The notes below the pieces were generated by a model. The model was not told the origin of the DNA, made no database searches, and worked only from the letters and a program-made list of their open reading frames with translations. A stretch of 64,000 nucleotides of DNA from Enterobacter phage EspM4VN. The DNA is taken from the sequence record LC373201.2; one strand, given 5' to 3'. A program made the translations under genes and the position numbers. Positions 9,000 through 18,715 of the stretch are shown piece by piece. Within the stretch, counting starts at the first letter, position 1. Each line of letters begins with the position of its first letter.

Positions 9000-9422
9000 A
9001 TGGCCGCTCCTGGATTGTTCGATTATCTGTCTGCCCTGAACAGCAGCAAAGAGAACCTTCTGCAAACCGATGATCCGGAAGTGCTGAAGGGGTTCGACCC
9101 GTTCATGACGCGGCGTGGTCTCGCTCAGAGCAAAGACACTCTGGTGTTCGCTCAGCAAATGAACAAGCTGCATGCCATCACTCCATGGATGCAATGGTCA
9201 TACGCCTTTCATTCCATTCCGGCGCGGAAACGCTACGACAAATGGTCTAAGAAAGGTCCGATCGATCCTGACGTGAAGTTACTCTCTGAGTACTTCTACA
9301 TCAGCATGGAGAAGGCATCCGAGTACGTCCGTTTCTTGCCGAAGGAAGTCCTGGCCGAGATACGTGAGAAGATGGGACGTACTGAGCTGAACGCCAAAGC
9401 GAAACCGCGCAAGGCTAAGTAG
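9000..9422 (+). CDS. 62: clamp loader small subunit (T4 gp62-like)
   Basis: Sits between gp44 and regA. IPARKRYDKWSK resembles gp62 VPRGKRYGKWAK. Confidence 0.6.
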   Translation: MAAPGLFDYLSALNSSKENLLQTDDPEVLKGFDPFMTRRGLAQSKDTLVFAQQMNKLHAITPWMQWSYAFHSIPARKRYDKWSKKGPIDPDVKLLSEYFYISMEKASEYVRFLPKEVLAEIREKMGRTELNAKAKPRKAK

Positions 9423-9451
9423 TTCAAACTATTGTAAAAGGGGAATGAGTC

Positions 9452-9916
9452 ATGGCGCGCAATACGCTAGACATATTGAACATTTCAGCCGTCAACGATG
9501 AGGCCAGCATCGTTGATTGTATGGTTGAAGTTCAATTGAACCAAGATCGGCCAGGGATCTTCCTGGGGATCAAGGAAACACTGAGCCGAATTGGGGTAAA
9601 CACGCGCCAAGAGCCGAATACTCTGTATCAGACTTGCCATATCCTCCATAAGTACGGCAAGTATTATATCGTTCACTTCAAGCATTTGTTCATGCTGGAC
9701 GGCCATTACAACGGCTTCAACCGTGAGGACATCCTGCGGATGAACCGTATCATCAAGCTGCTTGAGCAGTGGAACATGGTGAAGGTCATTCATCCCGAGC
9801 AGGTCACCGAAGCCGCCGATATGTCACGCATCAAAGTGGTCAAACACGATCAGGTTCCCGAATGGAAACTGGTCCCAAAATACATTATCCGGCCTACAAA
9901 GGCCAAAAGCGAATAA
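9452..9916 (+). CDS. regA: translational repressor RegA
   Basis: ETLSRIGV, LYQTCHILHKYGKYYIVHFKH and EWKLVPKYII match T4 RegA (ETLTRMGI, LYQSCHILQKKGLYYIVHFKE, EWKLVPKYTI). Confidence 0.85.
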   Translation: MARNTLDILNISAVNDEASIVDCMVEVQLNQDRPGIFLGIKETLSRIGVNTRQEPNTLYQTCHILHKYGKYYIVHFKHLFMLDGHYNGFNREDILRMNRIIKLLEQWNMVKVIHPEQVTEAADMSRIKVVKHDQVPEWKLVPKYIIRPTKAKSE

Positions 9917-9932
9917 CTGGAGTCGCTAAATC

Positions 9933-10796
9933 ATGACAACTACATTTTCTAAGAACGTGAATCTGAATCTGGCTTTCGGTAATGCAAAGGGCGATGTGAC
10001 GTCGCCCGACTTCACTAAGATCCGCAACCAGGCCAAACTGGTACTGGAAGAAACTCGTGAACTGCTGGAAGCGGCTTATTTTGACCACGATGTAAAAATC
10101 GAGTTCACTGCTATTCCTCGCGAAGCCGCTGTAGTGGACATCAAAGATGTTATGCGACAAATCCTGGACGCCCAGGGTGACATCACCACTGTAAACGACG
10201 GCGTGGCGCACATTGCTGGTTTCGACGGCGACGAGTGCTTACAGCGCGTGTATGCCTCCAACATGAGCAAGTTCGTCCGCAGTAAAGATGAAGTTGTGCC
10301 AGCGCTGGACTACTATTACAACAAAGGCTTCCCACGTGAAAGCCTGCGTATCGAAGGTGAATTCCCTCAGGCCTGCATCAAGGTGGTGGACACGATCACC
10401 GTTGACGGCAAAGAGTATCCAGCAGGTAAGTTCCTGAAGAACATGGCCACTTTCAAAGAGCCTGACTTCAGTGATATGCTGACCGCCGAGCCTAAGCGCC
10501 AGATCACCGAAATCATCGTGACGGGCACTGCCACTGCGGGTCGAATGGGCATGAACGAATCCATGGGCGTTGCATACGCACCTTTCGATTTCCCAGAAGA
10601 GATCCTTCGGTACGCCGAGATGGGCTTCCAGGCGTATTCTGGGGAAGCGCTGGAGAGTTACATCCCTGTGTTTGAGCTGAACGAAGTAAACTTCCCGACT
10701 CTGCCTCTCCTGTGGGGTACGTGGAAAGCCAACATCCGCGTTTACGTTTCCAGCCCAGTGCAATCTTCAATCACCCAGCTGACCCGTATCGATTAA
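9933..10796 (+). CDS. hypothetical protein (287 aa). The N-terminal EExxE...D pattern is weakly MazG/all-alpha NTP-PPase-like
   Basis: ORF at the position T4 gives to gene 43, but it is not a DNA polymerase. LVLEETRELLEAAYFDHD motif. An intrinsic terminator follows at ~10817. Confidence 0.45.
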   Translation: MTTTFSKNVNLNLAFGNAKGDVTSPDFTKIRNQAKLVLEETRELLEAAYFDHDVKIEFTAIPREAAVVDIKDVMRQILDAQGDITTVNDGVAHIAGFDGDECLQRVYASNMSKFVRSKDEVVPALDYYYNKGFPRESLRIEGEFPQACIKVVDTITVDGKEYPAGKFLKNMATFKEPDFSDMLTAEPKRQITEIIVTGTATAGRMGMNESMGVAYAPFDFPEEILRYAEMGFQAYSGEALESYIPVFELNEVNFPTLPLLWGTWKANIRVYVSSPVQSSITQLTRID

Positions 10797-10816
10797 GATA
10801 TCCGGTTATTCACTAA

Positions 10817-10848
10817 ACAACAGAGGCTATAATGGCCTCTGTTTTCGT
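10817..10848 (+). terminator. intrinsic terminator (aacagaggc-tataat-ggcctctgtt-ttcg)
   Basis: Stem plus T-run after gene 9933..10796. Confidence 0.5.
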
Positions 10849-10864
10849 ATTCTAAGAGGATACC

Positions 10865-12079
10865 ATGAAAGATAAAGCCCTGGACGTCCCGTACTGCGGT
10901 GTCCGTGAAGACAAGATAAAGTCGGCCAAACCGGTTCTCAGTCCGACCCATACCCGCCTGTCTTATGACTGGATGAGCGAGCGTTATAAGATCCACGTTC
11001 GAAAGGACGTCCAGCGTCTTCCTGCTCCTTGGACTAACAATCCTATACTACGGCAGGTCAAGTTCTGTAACGTCCGGAGAGAGCACGACAGGCAGTCTCT
11101 CAACCTGATCAATAACATTGTCAAGAACGATGCTCTGGGCATGGCAGACAAGATGTTCAACTGCGTTCTGTTCCGCATGTTCAATCTCTGGGATCCGATT
11201 CAGGCTATCGGCGGCGCGATGACGATCAACGATTTCGCCAAGATTAATCTTGACGCAACCCGTGAACGTCTGCAGAAATTCGAGGCTGACGGTGGTAAGG
11301 TATTCACCAATGCCTTCAACACAGGCGGCCTGAAGCAATGCCTGGCTTTCCCTGAGCTGGTTGTCAACCACAAGGAGCAGCGCTTCGGTGGGATGATGGT
11401 GAAAGTGTATCGCGTTGGTCAGGGTATCGTTGACGAGATGGATTACAAGGTCGCCAAAAAGCTCGCCGAAGAGAATCCTGGTGAGTACACCATCGAAGGA
11501 TGGGAACCGTACATGCCAATGCGTGTCATCCGTTCCCTGAAGGCATTCGTCAACAAGTATCCAAATTACTTCCATGACCTGCTGCGCCTTGATACTCCTT
11601 TGGAAGTATACCAGCGCATGTATGACGACATCGAAGGGCTTGGTCCATTCTTGGCCTATCAGATCTGGGTTGATTTCACGTACATGCCTGGTTATCCTTT
11701 CAGCGAGAACCACTTCACGATCGCCGGACCAGGCTGTCGCGCAGGCATCGATCTGCTGTTCCTGAACAAAGACGGCATGACTCACGAAGAATGCATCTTC
11801 TGGTTGCGGGACAATCAGGACGCAGTGTACTCCCAATATGGGTATGTTCGCGAGCAATTCTGGTCGGCCGAAGAGCCTGTAGACCAATGCATGAACGTCA
11901 TGCAGCTGGAGAACATGTTCTGTGAACTGAGCAAGTACACGCGCTGTGTTGAGGCCGTCGGGCGTGGTGAAAAACCTCGGGGCAAAGTCGGTTACAACGG
12001 CGGGGAAGTACATGTGTCGCCGCCAAAGACGCATGTACTCTCCGTCAATCTACTCAACCGTTTGAAGAAACCTGAATAA
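10865..12079 (+). CDS. hypothetical protein (404 aa), candidate nucleotide/DNA-modification enzyme
   Basis: Long ORF with an AGAGGA RBS and no recognisable P-loop. I considered placing it in a DNA-hypermodification transferase family but could not support that. Confidence 0.5.
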   Translation: MKDKALDVPYCGVREDKIKSAKPVLSPTHTRLSYDWMSERYKIHVRKDVQRLPAPWTNNPILRQVKFCNVRREHDRQSLNLINNIVKNDALGMADKMFNCVLFRMFNLWDPIQAIGGAMTINDFAKINLDATRERLQKFEADGGKVFTNAFNTGGLKQCLAFPELVVNHKEQRFGGMMVKVYRVGQGIVDEMDYKVAKKLAEENPGEYTIEGWEPYMPMRVIRSLKAFVNKYPNYFHDLLRLDTPLEVYQRMYDDIEGLGPFLAYQIWVDFTYMPGYPFSENHFTIAGPGCRAGIDLLFLNKDGMTHEECIFWLRDNQDAVYSQYGYVREQFWSAEEPVDQCMNVMQLENMFCELSKYTRCVEAVGRGEKPRGKVGYNGGEVHVSPPKTHVLSVNLLNRLKKPE

Positions 12080-12194
12080 AGATTCCCTTTACTTCATTCT
12101 TCAATAACTCTTTTCAACGTATTATTGACCTCACTTAAACGAAGCGCCCTAGCAAACGGGGCGCACATTTGAACTGAAACAGGAAGACTACATC

Positions 12195-14225
12195 ATGTCA
12201 GAATTTAAGCCCTTCGCAGTAGCTGTTAACAATAACGTGCTGGCCATGTCGGCAACTGGTCTGTTCATGACCAATATCGATAAAGATGCTCTGTGGGATC
12301 TGTATCTGTCTTCTTTCCCTGCTGGTACCAACCCGCTTTACCGTGAGCGTACCGAGCACGACTGCACCTGCTGCAAACAATTCATCCGTAACATCGGCGG
12401 TGTGGTGACCATCACCCCTGATTACGAAATGATTACTATCTGGGACGGTATTCAGCTGGGTAACGAATACGATGTTGTCGCTGCGGCGCTGTCTGCGTAT
12501 GTTAAGCAGCACGCAATCGTCGACGTGTACTTCAACGACACCAAGAAAGTCGGTGTTGAGTCGAATCACGAAATGAAAGACGGCAACGTCCGCACGTACA
12601 ATCACTTCCACACCGACCTGCTCAGCAAATTCGTTTTGCGCGGCGACGACATTGCTTCTAAGAAGGGTGAAATCCGCCAGGCTGTAGAAGTATTTCGTCG
12701 CTCGGCTGAAGAATTGACTCTGGAGTCGGTTGAAATCGTTCTGGAACTCATTGATCAGAATTCTCTGTACCGTGGCGACGAACACAAGCACACGGTCAAG
12801 AACTTCTTTGATTTCAAACGTAAACTGTTCCCTCGCGTTCAGCAAATGCCAGAAGCGCAGAAATCTATGTTCTACTGGTACGAAGGTACTCGTGAAAACG
12901 TGGCTCGTTCCTTGGGTATCCGAAACACTGTCATCGGTACGTTGCTGCAAGATCTGTCAGAAGGCCGCGACCTGGAAACCGCCGTCAAGTCTTTCGAAGC
13001 CAAAGTCGCTCCGACGAACTACAAGCGCCCAACCGCGCTGGTCACGAAGTCCATGATCGAAAATGCGCAGAAAGAAGTTGAAGCGCTGGGGCTGACTGAT
13101 TCGCTCGGCCGCCGTTATGCTGTGTATGACGACCTGACCATCAACAACGTCCTGTTCGCCGATCTGGCGGCTCAGAAGAAGATGGACCCGTTTGCTCAGC
13201 TGGCGTCTGAAGTGAAGACTCCGACCAAGTCCCTAGATAAGGTTGAAGAGATCACGATCGACGACTTCCTGGCCAATGTGCTGCCGAAAGCGCACTCAAT
13301 GGAAGTGCTGGTTGAGAACTCTCATACTGGCAACCTGATGTCTCTGATCGCTCCGGCTACCGCAGGCGCTCCTAACCTGTTCAAGTGGAACAACGGCTTC
13401 AGCTGGTCGTACAATGGCGAAGTGGCCGACTCCATCAAAGAGCGTGTGAAGACAGCAGGCGGTAACGTCGACGGTTTCCTCCGTGTGTCGCTGGCGTGGC
13501 ATAACAACGACGACCTGGACCTGAGCATGAACGATCCGCTGCACAATCATGTGTATTACCACAACCGTCGTTCGGCAACTGGCGCAACCCTGGATATCGA
13601 CATGAACGGTATGGACGGTATTGATCCAAACCGCCGTCCGGTTGAGAACATCTTCTTTAGCGATGAGCGCCGACTGCGTGATGGGGAATATAAATTCTAT
13701 GTCACCAACTTTAGACAGCGCGAAACCTGTGATGCGGGCTTCGAAATCGAAGTCGAATACAAAGGTCAGACCAAGCGTTATTCGCATCCTGTTATGAAGG
13801 ACAAAGATCGCATTCTGGCTGTTGTGATTGATGTCCGTGCTGGTCAGGTAGTGGATATTCGTTCAGACCTGAAAGACGATGCTCGCTCTCAGGAAATCTG
13901 GGGTATCAAGACTGCCGTCTTCCAGAAGGTGCAGCTGGTTCTGAACTCACCAAACCATTGGGACGGCGAGCAGACAGGCAACAAGCACGTGTTCTTCATC
14001 CTGGAAGGTTGTGCTAACCCTGTCGGCACCCGTGGCTTCTACAACGAGTATCTGAAGCCGGAACTGGATAAACACCGCAAGGTTTTTGAAATGTTAGGCG
14101 GTAAGATTAAGGTACAGCCAAGCACTGAGCAGCTGTCCGGTCTGGGCTTCTCCACCACCCAACGCAACCACGTGTTCGTGAAGGTGAGCGGCTCGTTCAA
14201 CCGCACTGTGAAAGTTGTGTTCTAA
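12195..14225 (+). CDS. large protein (676 aa) with a N-terminal Cys cluster (HDCTCCKQF) and a central TerD-like segment
   Basis: VSLAWHNNDDLDLSMND...SATGATLDIDMNGMDGIDP resembles the TerD GLGWD...DFDLDASAF...GDN.TGEGDGDDE Ca-binding core. The assignment is tentative. Confidence 0.5.
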   Translation: MSEFKPFAVAVNNNVLAMSATGLFMTNIDKDALWDLYLSSFPAGTNPLYRERTEHDCTCCKQFIRNIGGVVTITPDYEMITIWDGIQLGNEYDVVAAALSAYVKQHAIVDVYFNDTKKVGVESNHEMKDGNVRTYNHFHTDLLSKFVLRGDDIASKKGEIRQAVEVFRRSAEELTLESVEIVLELIDQNSLYRGDEHKHTVKNFFDFKRKLFPRVQQMPEAQKSMFYWYEGTRENVARSLGIRNTVIGTLLQDLSEGRDLETAVKSFEAKVAPTNYKRPTALVTKSMIENAQKEVEALGLTDSLGRRYAVYDDLTINNVLFADLAAQKKMDPFAQLASEVKTPTKSLDKVEEITIDDFLANVLPKAHSMEVLVENSHTGNLMSLIAPATAGAPNLFKWNNGFSWSYNGEVADSIKERVKTAGGNVDGFLRVSLAWHNNDDLDLSMNDPLHNHVYYHNRRSATGATLDIDMNGMDGIDPNRRPVENIFFSDERRLRDGEYKFYVTNFRQRETCDAGFEIEVEYKGQTKRYSHPVMKDKDRILAVVIDVRAGQVVDIRSDLKDDARSQEIWGIKTAVFQKVQLVLNSPNHWDGEQTGNKHVFFILEGCANPVGTRGFYNEYLKPELDKHRKVFEMLGGKIKVQPSTEQLSGLGFSTTQRNHVFVKVSGSFNRTVKVVF

Positions 14226-14269
14226 ACCTGATTTGAAACTGTAACCCATTCATCATTGAGGATAGTAAA

Positions 14270-14641
14270 ATGTTTGATAAAGCAACCCGTCTGAAACTGC
14301 GCTTCGAGTCTAACAAAGGTCTGCTGTCTGTTGAGCAGGTTTGGGACCTGAGCCTGACCGCTCTGAACGAAATGGCGAAAAGCCTGAGCCGTCAGGTGAA
14401 GGCAGCGGAAACCGATGAAGAAGATTTCATCGGCACCAAAAGCAACGTTGACTCCGAACTGCAGCTGCGCTTCGACGTTGTCAAGCACATCATCGGCGTT
14501 AAGCTGAAAGAGCGTGACGACAGCAAAGACGCGGCAGAGCGTAAGGCGAACAACCAGGTTATCCTGGAACTGATCCAGCGTAAGAAACAGCAGGAGCTGG
14601 AAGGCAAATCTGTTGAAGAACTGGAAGCGCTGCTGAAATAA
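14270..14641 (+). CDS. hypothetical charged protein (123 aa)
   Basis: ORF followed by a clear intrinsic terminator at 14663-14690. Confidence 0.5.
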   Translation: MFDKATRLKLRFESNKGLLSVEQVWDLSLTALNEMAKSLSRQVKAAETDEEDFIGTKSNVDSELQLRFDVVKHIIGVKLKERDDSKDAAERKANNQVILELIQRKKQQELEGKSVEELEALLK

Positions 14642-14662
14642 CCTGTCGGCCTCGGCCTGAGC

Positions 14663-14690
14663 AACCCCGCCATGTGCGGGGTTTCTTTTG
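14663..14690 (+). terminator. intrinsic terminator (aaccccgc-catgt-gcggggtt-tcttttg)
   Basis: GC stem plus T-run after gene 14270..14641. Confidence 0.6.
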
Positions 14691-14700
14691 GACAAAGAAT

Positions 14701-15102
14701 ATGAAACCTGTCATCTGTGATTACTGCGGCCTCCCAGCCGAATTCGTCGGTGGTGATGTTCTCTACCCTCATCGCCCTGACCTTCGCAATCTGAAGTTCT
14801 GGGTTTGTACCCCATGTGACGCTCGTGTCGGTTGTCATACCCATGGCGACGGTAGACAGCCTCTGGGAAGGATGGCGAATGCCGCTCTCCGTGCCGAGAA
14901 GCAAAATGCCCATAGATCGTTTGACCCACTGTGGAAAAGCGGAGAAAGGAGCAGGAGCGACGCTTACAGTTGGCTGGCGCATAAGCTGGGGATCAAGAAG
15001 CGCGATTGCCATATCGGCTTGTTCGATATCGACATGTGCCGTAAAGTAGTTGCTGTATGCAACCAATTACGGGAAACACAGAATGGCAACCATCAATCGT
15101 AA
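14701..15102 (+). CDS. Cys-rich zinc-ribbon protein (133 aa)
   Basis: CDYCG...CTPCDARVGCH. The ATG at 14701 is in the frame of track ORF 14674..15102. Confidence 0.5.
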   Translation: MKPVICDYCGLPAEFVGGDVLYPHRPDLRNLKFWVCTPCDARVGCHTHGDGRQPLGRMANAALRAEKQNAHRSFDPLWKSGERSRSDAYSWLAHKLGIKKRDCHIGLFDIDMCRKVVAVCNQLRETQNGNHQS

Positions 15103-15877
15103 TGAACCCAAAGGTGTTGAGCTGAAGGGTAAATCTGTTCGCGAAGGTCTGAAGCTGTCTCCAGACCTCCTGAAGTCACACATCGCCGAAGTCATCTATG
15201 AAGACCGTGAAGTCGGCGGCCACCGCGTCATCACCTGCCACTTCAAGATGGACAACGGATTTATCGTCTGGGGCAAGAATAGCTCTACTTCCATCGACCC
15301 TGCCAACTTTGATGAAGAGTTGGGCAAGAAGCTGGCCTATGACAAGACCTTCTCCCAGTTGTGGGAACTGGAAGCCTACCGCGCCGTCGTAGAGAAGCAG
15401 ATGTTGGAGGTGGCTACCGCCGATGCGAAGATAGACATTTTCCAGTACATCTCCGAAAGGGGGAAGATAAATCAGATGGCTGGCATGGAATTCTTGAAAG
15501 GTCATGGCCAGTCTTTCTTGTTCCACCACTCACGAGATCCGAGTCGAGGGTTCGTTGCTGATTTTGTTCAAACAGACAATGAACGATACAACGACCAACA
15601 CAACAGTAAAGCCCAAGCTGGGGTGGAAGCATATCTGCGTTCGCACATGCTACCAGATGAACTGTATTCTGAACTCGTTGTTCGTCTGGCCAAGACTTGC
15701 GCGGCGGCTTACAAGGGTGGGATCTACTTTAATGCCACCACTTGGGATAAGATGAGCGCTGAAGAACAGAAAGACTGCTGTGAAGACATCAGGCGGCTCT
15801 TGCTGGCTCCGGTGGATTATATCCCAACCGACCAGAAGGACGCGCTGTTCAAGGCCATCGTAGACTCCTACAAATAA
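15083..15877 (+). CDS. hypothetical protein (264 aa)
   Basis: ORF overlapping the 3' end of the upstream gene. A terminator lies at ~15908-15934. Confidence 0.5.
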   Translation: MATINRNEPKGVELKGKSVREGLKLSPDLLKSHIAEVIYEDREVGGHRVITCHFKMDNGFIVWGKNSSTSIDPANFDEELGKKLAYDKTFSQLWELEAYRAVVEKQMLEVATADAKIDIFQYISERGKINQMAGMEFLKGHGQSFLFHHSRDPSRGFVADFVQTDNERYNDQHNSKAQAGVEAYLRSHMLPDELYSELVVRLAKTCAAAYKGGIYFNATTWDKMSAEEQKDCCEDIRRLLLAPVDYIPTDQKDALFKAIVDSYK

Positions 15878-15907
15878 CTGAATTATCAAACTCCTTCAAT
15901 AACAATG

Positions 15908-15956
15908 ACGCCCAGTATATTTGCTGGGCGTTTCAATTTGTGCATCACAGTATAAT
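15908..15956 (+). promoter_or_regulatory. terminator (cgcccag-tatatttg-ctgggcg-ttt) followed by a consensus -10 TATAAT (weak -35), upstream of the prs/nampt pair
   Basis: Read directly. A CTTCAATAA element lies 20 nt upstream, at ~15889. Confidence 0.4.
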
Positions 15957-15987
15957 ACGGCTGTACAATACACCATGAGGCTACATT

Positions 15988-16842
15988 ATGTTTCGTTTGA
16001 AATTGAACGACCAAGATGTGTTCTACAAACACTTCACCTTCCCAGGTGGTGAGGAACACGTCAAGATCCAAAAGGCTGGCATCCCTGTCGGAAGAGTAAG
16101 AACCGTGGAAATCGAAGCCCATATCAAAACGTCGGCAGGCTTCATTGAACTGGCGCTATTAATGGACGCCTTGCGTGGTCTGGGTAACGTGGATCGCATG
16201 ACGGAATATCACGTCACTATCCCTTACTTCCCATATGCCCGCCAGGATCGCCGTTGCGACTTTGGTGAGCCTCTGTCGGTGAAGTGGGCGGCTGAGTTCA
16301 TCAATAGTATGAACTTTGACAATGTGTGGATCAAAGACCCTCACAGCAATGTCGTTACTTCTCTGATCAACAACGTCCATGTGGTCCCGCAAGATTACAT
16401 CGTGCGTCAGTATCTGGGCTGGTTCATCCGTGGGAACAACGCTGTGTTGGTAGCCCCTGACGGCGGCGCGGCGAAGAAGACCGAAACCCTCAGCCTGTCA
16501 TTGGATGGCGTTCCTGTTGTCTACGGGCACAAGAATCGTGACACCAAGACTGGTGAGATCATTGGGGTGAGCATTACAAACCCTGAACTGATCAAAGACC
16601 GCTATCTGGTAGTGGTCGATGATATCTGTGACGGTGGGCGCACGTTTGTTGAGCTGGGCAAAGAGCTTCAGAAGCACAAGCCTAAGCACATGACGCTCTT
16701 CGTCACCCATGGCATCTTCAGCAAAGGTCTCTCTGTTTTCGACGGGATCTACGATGCTGTGTATGCCGACACTGTCTGGTGGGAGAACATCACCGCCGAC
16801 GGTCTTCCTTTCAAAACTGAAAATACAGGACGTGTAAAATGA
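15988..16842 (+). CDS. ribose-phosphate pyrophosphokinase (Prs) homologue, candidate NARP1 Adps
   Basis: PRPP-synthetase/type-I PRTase signatures: YFPYARQDRR, VAPDGGAAKK and the PRPP-binding loop LVVVDDICDGGRT. It is translationally coupled (ATGA) to the NAMPT-like gene. Confidence 0.75.
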   Translation: MFRLKLNDQDVFYKHFTFPGGEEHVKIQKAGIPVGRVRTVEIEAHIKTSAGFIELALLMDALRGLGNVDRMTEYHVTIPYFPYARQDRRCDFGEPLSVKWAAEFINSMNFDNVWIKDPHSNVVTSLINNVHVVPQDYIVRQYLGWFIRGNNAVLVAPDGGAAKKTETLSLSLDGVPVVYGHKNRDTKTGEIIGVSITNPELIKDRYLVVVDDICDGGRTFVELGKELQKHKPKHMTLFVTHGIFSKGLSVFDGIYDAVYADTVWWENITADGLPFKTENTGRVK

Positions 16843-18503
16843 GCATGCGCCACTTAGATCCAATCCATGCAATCGACTTCTACAAATCAGGTCACATCTA
16901 TCAATTCCCTGAAGGCAGCGAGCTGGTGTTCTCCAACGGAACTCCGCGTTCCAACAAACTGTTCAACTCTCACCTGCCGAAGAACGGCGTGGTGGTCTGG
17001 GGTATCCAGGGCTTCATGACCTGGTTCCACGAACTGTTTGACGAAGCGTTCTTCCAGCGCCCAAAGGCCAAGGTGCTGAAGAAGTATGCCCGTCGCATGA
17101 ACAAAGTGCTGGGACCAGGCCGCGTCGGCACAGAGCATATCGAAGCCCTGCACGACCTCGGCTACCTGCCTATCGAAGTCCGTGCTCTGCCTGAAGGCAC
17201 CATGTGCCCGTATGGCGTTCCGGTGTATGTGATGTTCAACACCTTGCCGGAGTTCTACTGGCTGACCAACTATCTGGAGACTGTATTCAGCTCTGAGATC
17301 TGGAAGCCGATGACGAACGCCACCATCGCCCTGCACTACAAAGCGTTGATGGTGAAAGCTGCTATCGCTACAGGCGTGTCGCCGGACCATTGGTTCATCG
17401 ACTACCAAGGCCATGACTTCTCCTTCCGTGGTATGAGCGGGTGGCATGACGCTGCGTCTTCCGGTTCCGGCCACCTGGTGTTCTTCAAAGGCACCGATAC
17501 CAACCCTGCCCTAGACTTCGTTGAAGAGTACTATGGCGCAGACATCGACGAAGACTATGTCGTTGCTGGCTCCGTTGCGGCTACCGAACACGCCGTGATG
17601 TGTATGGGCACGAAGGATGGCGAATTCGAAACCTTCCGCCGCCTGGTGCAGGACGTGTATCCTGATGGCATCGTCAGTATCGTGTCTGACGCGTGGGACT
17701 ATTGGCAGGTCATCGACGACTATCTGCCTCGCCTGAAAGACATTATCATGGCACGCAACGGTAAAGTCGTGATCCGCCCTGACTCGGGCGACCCTGTACA
17801 CATCGTTGGCGGCTACCGCATTGAATCATTCCGCAATCGTGGGACGCTTCAGTTAAGCAGCGTGTCCAGCAGCACCGAAGTCATTCACATCGAAGAGACG
17901 AACACCTATCACCTGATCACAGGCGAAGGCACGATCAACTCTCTGATGGCAGATGACCGCAATATCATCAGCCGTTCTGAAGCGGTCGGCTCTATTCAAC
18001 GCCTGTGGGAGATCTTTGGTGGCACCCAGACCGAAACTGGCCACTTCCTGTTGGATGAGCACATCGGTCTGATCTACGGTGACTCCATCACCCTGGCACG
18101 TGAAGACCAGATCTTTGGCCGTCTGGCTGGCCGGAACTTCGCTTCCATCAACGTGGTCTTCGGTATCGGTTCCTACACCTACCAGATGAACACCCGTGAC
18201 AGCACTGGGACGGCGGTGAAAGCCACGGCTGGTAAAGTGAACGGTGAATTCCGTGAGATCTTCAAAGAGCCGAAGACTGACAAAGGCGGGACTAAAAAGT
18301 CTGCGCGTGGTTTCCTTAAAGTCATTAAAGACTCTCAGGGTAAACTAGTGTTGGTTGACGGTATCACCTTTGATCAGGTACAAGACGCCGACAACCAGCA
18401 CCAGCTGGTGTACCGTGATGGTAAGTTCTCCAACACTCAGACTCTGGAAGATGCGCGTGTTCGTGCCGCTCCTCTGGTGGCGGAACTGGCCTCACAAATC
18501 TGA
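16839..18503 (+). CDS. nadV: nicotinamide phosphoribosyltransferase (NAMPT/NadV) homologue, candidate NARP1 Namat
   Basis: 554 aa. The N-terminus MSMRHLDPIHAIDFYKSGH...GFMTWFHELFDEAFFQRPKAKVL is typical of NAMPT. A strong terminator follows at 18513-18535. Confidence 0.85.
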   Translation: MSMRHLDPIHAIDFYKSGHIYQFPEGSELVFSNGTPRSNKLFNSHLPKNGVVVWGIQGFMTWFHELFDEAFFQRPKAKVLKKYARRMNKVLGPGRVGTEHIEALHDLGYLPIEVRALPEGTMCPYGVPVYVMFNTLPEFYWLTNYLETVFSSEIWKPMTNATIALHYKALMVKAAIATGVSPDHWFIDYQGHDFSFRGMSGWHDAASSGSGHLVFFKGTDTNPALDFVEEYYGADIDEDYVVAGSVAATEHAVMCMGTKDGEFETFRRLVQDVYPDGIVSIVSDAWDYWQVIDDYLPRLKDIIMARNGKVVIRPDSGDPVHIVGGYRIESFRNRGTLQLSSVSSSTEVIHIEETNTYHLITGEGTINSLMADDRNIISRSEAVGSIQRLWEIFGGTQTETGHFLLDEHIGLIYGDSITLAREDQIFGRLAGRNFASINVVFGIGSYTYQMNTRDSTGTAVKATAGKVNGEFREIFKEPKTDKGGTKKSARGFLKVIKDSQGKLVLVDGITFDQVQDADNQHQLVYRDGKFSNTQTLEDARVRAAPLVAELASQI

Positions 18504-18512
18504 TAACCGAAG

Positions 18513-18535
18513 GGGAGGAAACTCCCCTGTTTTGA
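18513..18535 (+). terminator. intrinsic terminator (ggggag-gaaa-ctcccc-tgttttg) after the nampt-like gene
   Basis: GC stem plus T-run. Confidence 0.6.
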
Positions 18536-18544
18536 GGTCGAGGA

Positions 18545-18715
18545 ATGTCCAAACCATTCAAAAATGCGGGTGTCGACAACCTCGACCGCCGCTTTACTCC
18601 ATCGGAAACGCTGATGAGCCAGATTGAACTCAATCGCGATTTCCTGGAACATATGCTGGTCAAGCCGGAAGGTGAGGCCGAAGACAACCCTGAAGAAGGC
18701 AATAACGATGATTGA
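18545..18715 (+). CDS. small acidic protein (~56 aa)
   Basis: Hand-found ORF (MSKPFKNAGVDNLDRRF...EGNNDD) with a GAGG RBS. Its stop overlaps the vWA gene start (ATGATTGA). Confidence 0.3.
   Translation: MSKPFKNAGVDNLDRRFTPSETLMSQIELNRDFLEHMLVKPEGEAEDNPEEGNNDD

Noticed and set aside
12195-14225. Assigning 12195..14225 as cobalamin-chelatase CobT, or as a terminase or portal protein
   Set aside because: There is no P-loop and no vWA domain in this ORF, so it is not CobT- or terminase-like. Neighbouring genes are not a packaging module. Only the TerD-like Ca-binding motif is discernible, and even that only tentatively.
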